Source: Candidatus Firestoneibacteriota bacterium (GTDB lineage: Bacteria; Oederibacteriota; D2-FULL-39-29; CAIOVX01). Taken from it: a DNA stretch of 44,379 nucleotides. The notes under the pieces are model-generated. The model saw only the letters and a list, made by a program, of their open reading frames with translations. It ran no database searches and was not told where the DNA came from. The position numbers were made by a program, and so were the translations under genes. Location of the stretch: contig CAIWRR010000105.1 in assembly GCA_903915125.1 (NCBI GenBank), forward strand, positions 1-44,379, written 5' to 3'. Positions 41,543-44,379 of the stretch are shown here, piece after piece (the first letter of the stretch is position 1; each line of letters opens with the position of its first letter).

Positions 41543-42211
41543 TTACTCTTTGGTCTCGAGCAGGTGATGCCTGATATCTTTGCCGGAGACCATAAAAATA
41601 ACATCCTCGGCTATATTTGTCGCGTGGTCTCCAACTCTTTCCAGATTTCTGGATACCAGGATTAGGTCCATTGCCCGTGAGATATTATTTGAATCCTGAC
41701 TCATATATACCAGCAATTCCTTGAATATATCATCCTTGAACTTATCAACCTGATCATCTGTCTGCAACACCTTTCCGGCAAGTTCAGGGTCTTTGCTGAC
41801 AAACGCGTCCAGACAATCTTTTACCATGTTCTTCACTATATCAGCCATCTTTGGAAGATCGATAAGCGGCTTAAGCGGCGGTTCTTTGAGAAGATCCAAA
41901 GAGTTTTCAGCAATGTTAACAGCCTGGTCTCCCATTCGCTCCAGGTCAGAGTTAATCTTCATCGCAGAAGTGATAAATCTCAAATCTCCGGCCGTAGGCT
42001 GGTAGAGCGCCAGCAGTTTTAAACAGATCTCGTCGATCTCAACTTGAATATGGTTAACGTCTTCCTCGTGTTTTTTGATATCTTTAGCGAGTTCCTCTTT
42101 TCTCTCAACCAGTATCTTTATTGAATACTGTATCATCGCCTCAACCAGGCTGCCCATGTACAGAAGTCTTTCTTTTAATTCATTCAACTCTTCTTCAAAA
42201 TGTCTTGTCAT
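41543..42211 (-). CDS. phoU: Phosphate signalling complex protein PhoU
   Basis: 222 aa, a duplicated PhoU domain with the two ERxGD motifs (LERMGDQAVNIAE, LERVGDHATNIAED). Confidence 0.95.
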   Translation of the reverse strand: MTRHFEEELNELKERLLYMGSLVEAMIQYSIKILVERKEELAKDIKKHEEDVNHIQVEIDEICLKLLALYQPTAGDLRFITSAMKINSDLERMGDQAVNIAENSLDLLKEPPLKPLIDLPKMADIVKNMVKDCLDAFVSKDPELAGKVLQTDDQVDKFKDDIFKELLVYMSQDSNNISRAMDLILVSRNLERVGDHATNIAEDVIFMVSGKDIRHHLLETKE

Positions 42212-42223
42212 TTTTCCTCCGCC

Positions 42224-42988
42224 TCAGCCGAAACGGCCGGTAATATAGTCCTCGGTCTCCTTCTTTTCCGGAGAAGTAAATATCGCCGAGGTCTTTCCGA
42301 ACTCAATAAGCTCGCCAAGCAGCATAAAGCCCGTATCGTCGGAAACACGCGCAGCCTGCTGCATGTTGTGAGTGACTATTATTATAGTGTATTTTTTCTT
42401 TAGTTCAACCATTAATTCTTCTATCTTCATGGTTGCCATCGGGTCAAGTGTGGAGCAGGGCTCGTCCAGCAGTATTACGTCAGGTTTGACTGCAACCAGT
42501 CTGGCTACACAGAGTCTCTGTTTCTGTTCAAGAGAGAGATCGAGGGCGGAGTCATCCAACCTGTCTTTCAATTCGTTCCAAAGCAGCACAGACCTCAAAC
42601 TCTCCTCGACTATGCCGTCAAGCTCTGCGCCTCCGGCCTGATTGTGCACGCGGAGTCCGAAAGCCACATTTTCGTAGACGGAAAGCGGGAAGGGATTGGG
42701 TCTTTGAAAAACCATTCCAACTTTTCTGCGCAGAAGATCGATGTCGCAGGAGTGATGATAAATGTCGGTTTTTTCAAAATAAGCTTTTCCTTTCACGCTT
42801 ACGCCTTCTATGGTGTCATTAATCCTGTTGAAAACGCGAAGCAGAGTAGATTTTCCGCAGCCGGAGGGCCCTATAATTGAGGTTATCCTGTTGCCGGTCA
42901 CTTCAATGTTAACATCTTTCAACGCGTGGAAATCCCCGTAGAAAAGGTTAAGATCAACAGTTTTTATTACCGGTATTCCTGTATTCAT
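42224..42988 (-). CDS. pstB: Phosphate ABC transporter ATP-binding protein PstB (distal copy; degenerate signature motif)
   Basis: It has Walker A GPSGCGKST, Q-loop VFQRP, Walker B ILLDEP, H-loop VTHNMQQA and the C-terminal TEDYITGRFG. The signature motif reads LSLEQ instead of LSGGQ (nt 42524-42538). Confidence 0.95.
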   Translation of the reverse strand: MNTGIPVIKTVDLNLFYGDFHALKDVNIEVTGNRITSIIGPSGCGKSTLLRVFNRINDTIEGVSVKGKAYFEKTDIYHHSCDIDLLRRKVGMVFQRPNPFPLSVYENVAFGLRVHNQAGGAELDGIVEESLRSVLLWNELKDRLDDSALDLSLEQKQRLCVARLVAVKPDVILLDEPCSTLDPMATMKIEELMVELKKKYTIIIVTHNMQQAARVSDDTGFMLLGELIEFGKTSAIFTSPEKKETEDYITGRFG

Positions 42989-43000
42989 GTCAGCATTCCC

Positions 43001-43750
43001 TCATCCGAACCGCCCGGTGACATAATCTTCCGTCCGCTTGTCTTTTGGAGAAACAAAGATGTTCTGCGTAACATCAATCTCAATGAGCTCGCCCATCAGG
43101 AAAAACGCAGTTCTGTCGCTGACCCTCGAGGCCTGTTTAACGTTGTTTGTTACAAGCACGATAGTATACTTTTTCTTCAATTCAAGCATGGTTTCTTCAA
43201 CCTTTGCGGTCGAGATAGGGTCAAGGCCGGAACAAGGTTCGTCAAAAAGGATTATCTCGGGTTCGACCGCCAGCGTCCTTGCCATGCAGAGCCGCTGCTG
43301 CTGTCCGCCGGAAAGTTTAAGCGCCGAGGCGTTGAGCCTGTCTTTAACCTCGGGCCACAAGGAAGCAGCTTTTAAGGATTTTTCAACTATCTGATCAAGG
43401 CTTTTCTTGTCTTTATTTCCGTGTCTCCTGGGGCCGTAAGCCACATTATCAAAAACCGTCATTGGCAGCGACAGCGGAAGTGCAAACACCATGCCGCATC
43501 TCTTTCTCAGGGCCTCCGGATCTATCGTGGATATATCTTCGGAATCTATCTTGATTGAGCCCTTCATTCTAAACCGCTCATTTAAATCGTTAAGCCTGTT
43601 AATTGTGCGGAGAAAAGTAGTTTTCCCGCTATTGGCCGGCCCAATGATTCCCAGAATCTCGTTTTCTTTTACATCTAAACTTAACGACTTCACGCTGTGT
43701 GAATCGCCAAACCAGCAATTCAATCCCTGGACTTGAATTTTTTCTACCAT
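43001..43750 (-). CDS. pstB: PstB paralogue (proximal copy; degenerate Q-loop and H-loop)
   Basis: It has Walker A GPANSGKTT, the canonical signature LSGGQQQRL, and Walker B ILFDEP. The Q-loop Gln is Ala (MVFALP) and the H-loop His is Asn (VTNNVKQA). Confidence 0.9.
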   Translation of the reverse strand: MVEKIQVQGLNCWFGDSHSVKSLSLDVKENEILGIIGPANSGKTTFLRTINRLNDLNERFRMKGSIKIDSEDISTIDPEALRKRCGMVFALPLSLPMTVFDNVAYGPRRHGNKDKKSLDQIVEKSLKAASLWPEVKDRLNASALKLSGGQQQRLCMARTLAVEPEIILFDEPCSGLDPISTAKVEETMLELKKKYTIVLVTNNVKQASRVSDRTAFFLMGELIEIDVTQNIFVSPKDKRTEDYVTGRFG

Positions 43751-44379
43751 TTTTTCCTCTTGCGGAAATAATATCTGGTAACTATCGCAGTAAGGCTCAT
43801 GGTAAGCACCATAACAAGAAGCACCAAAGCCGTGCCATAAGTAATATTCTTGGGCATATTCGGAATCTGTGTTGAGATAATATACAGGTGATATGGCAAA
43901 GCCATAACCTGGTCAAAAACAGAGTGCGGCAGCTTTGGGACGTAAAAAGCGGCTGCTGTAAAGAGTATGGGAGCCGTCTCGCCTGATATTCTGGCAATGC
44001 TGAGAATAGCTCCGGTCATGATGCCCGGAAGAGCATTCGGTAAAACGACATGGGCTATTGTTTGCCATCTTGAGACGCCGAGAGAAAGGCTGGCCTCTCT
44101 GAATGAATATGGAACGCTGTTTAAAGCCTGGCGCGAAGTTGTAATAATAACCGGCAATTCCATTATTGACAGGGTCAAAGCTCCCGCAATTATTGATACG
44201 CCAAATTTAAGCAGCATTACGAAAAGCCCGAGCCCAAACAGGCCGTATACAACGGAAGGCACGCCGGCAAGATTAACTATGGAAAGCTTGATTATTCTGG
44301 TCAGAAGATTATCTTTCGCGTATTCGTTAAGGTAGATGGCCGCAAGGACTCCGATTGGAAGCGTGATGCAAATAGCGCA
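43744..44379 (-). CDS. pstA: Phosphate ABC transporter permease PstA (C-terminal 211 aa; N-terminus beyond the window end)
   Basis: The frame stays open to the window edge (…CAICITLPIGVLAAIYLNEYAKDNLL…). It has a typical PstA EAA-region and overlaps the pstB start by 7 nt. Confidence 0.9.
   Translation of the reverse strand, partial: CAICITLPIGVLAAIYLNEYAKDNLLTRIIKLSIVNLAGVPSVVYGLFGLGLFVMLLKFGVSIIAGALTLSIMELPVIITTSRQALNSVPYSFREASLSLGVSRWQTIAHVVLPNALPGIMTGAILSIARISGETAPILFTAAAFYVPKLPHSVFDQVMALPYHLYIISTQIPNMPKNITYGTALVLLVMVLTMSLTAIVTRYYFRKRKKW

Overview
This is a 44.4-kb stretch from what looks like an uncultivated diderm bacterium, judging by LolA, beta-barrel OMPs, RodZ and a sigma54 system. 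I call 38 CDS, 36 of them on the minus strand, plus one tRNA-Thr(CGU). I found no rRNA, CRISPR array, integrase or intact mobile element. Most of the window is housekeeping: fhs, a DnaJ-type chaperone, yajQ, rodZ-like, lolA-like, ftsK, htrA, gatB, rlmD-like, an IMPase, and pstA-pstB-pstB-phoU. Small metabolic modules sit among these: AEC transporter, class-III aminotransferase, Glu/Leu/Phe/Val dehydrogenase and cupin, plus a GH4 hydrolase and an orphan non-Pyl MttB. The best candidate for an undescribed system is the roughly 10-kb minus-strand block at 27313-37287. It starts with a PNPOx-like protein, a soluble histidine kinase with a 9-Cys N-terminus, and a sigma54 enhancer-binding response regulator. 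A near-consensus sigma54 promoter (TGGCACGTTTCTTGCT) follows, driving NusG-II/DUF1312, a Gx-transporter fused to an EcfT-like domain, a beta-barrel porin, ApbE, and an FMN_bind protein with the SGAT flavinylation motif. A second kinase/regulator pair and a 4-TM protein close the block. Other oddities are listed here.
- A CUT1-type ABC importer has its binding protein fused to one permease, a 380-aa repeat-bearing loop in the other, and no ATPase gene.
- The tandem PstB pair carries complementary motif degeneracy.
- The RlmD-like methyltransferase has a 200-aa basic tail.
- Three 5x7-nt TATYAG heptad arrays occur in intergenic DNA.
- A REP-like intercistronic element lies between the two ABC permease genes.
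- A divergently transcribed OMP plus FN3/7-blade propeller pair sits behind a consensus sigma70 promoter.
All functional calls come from reading motifs in the translations. No database search was run.
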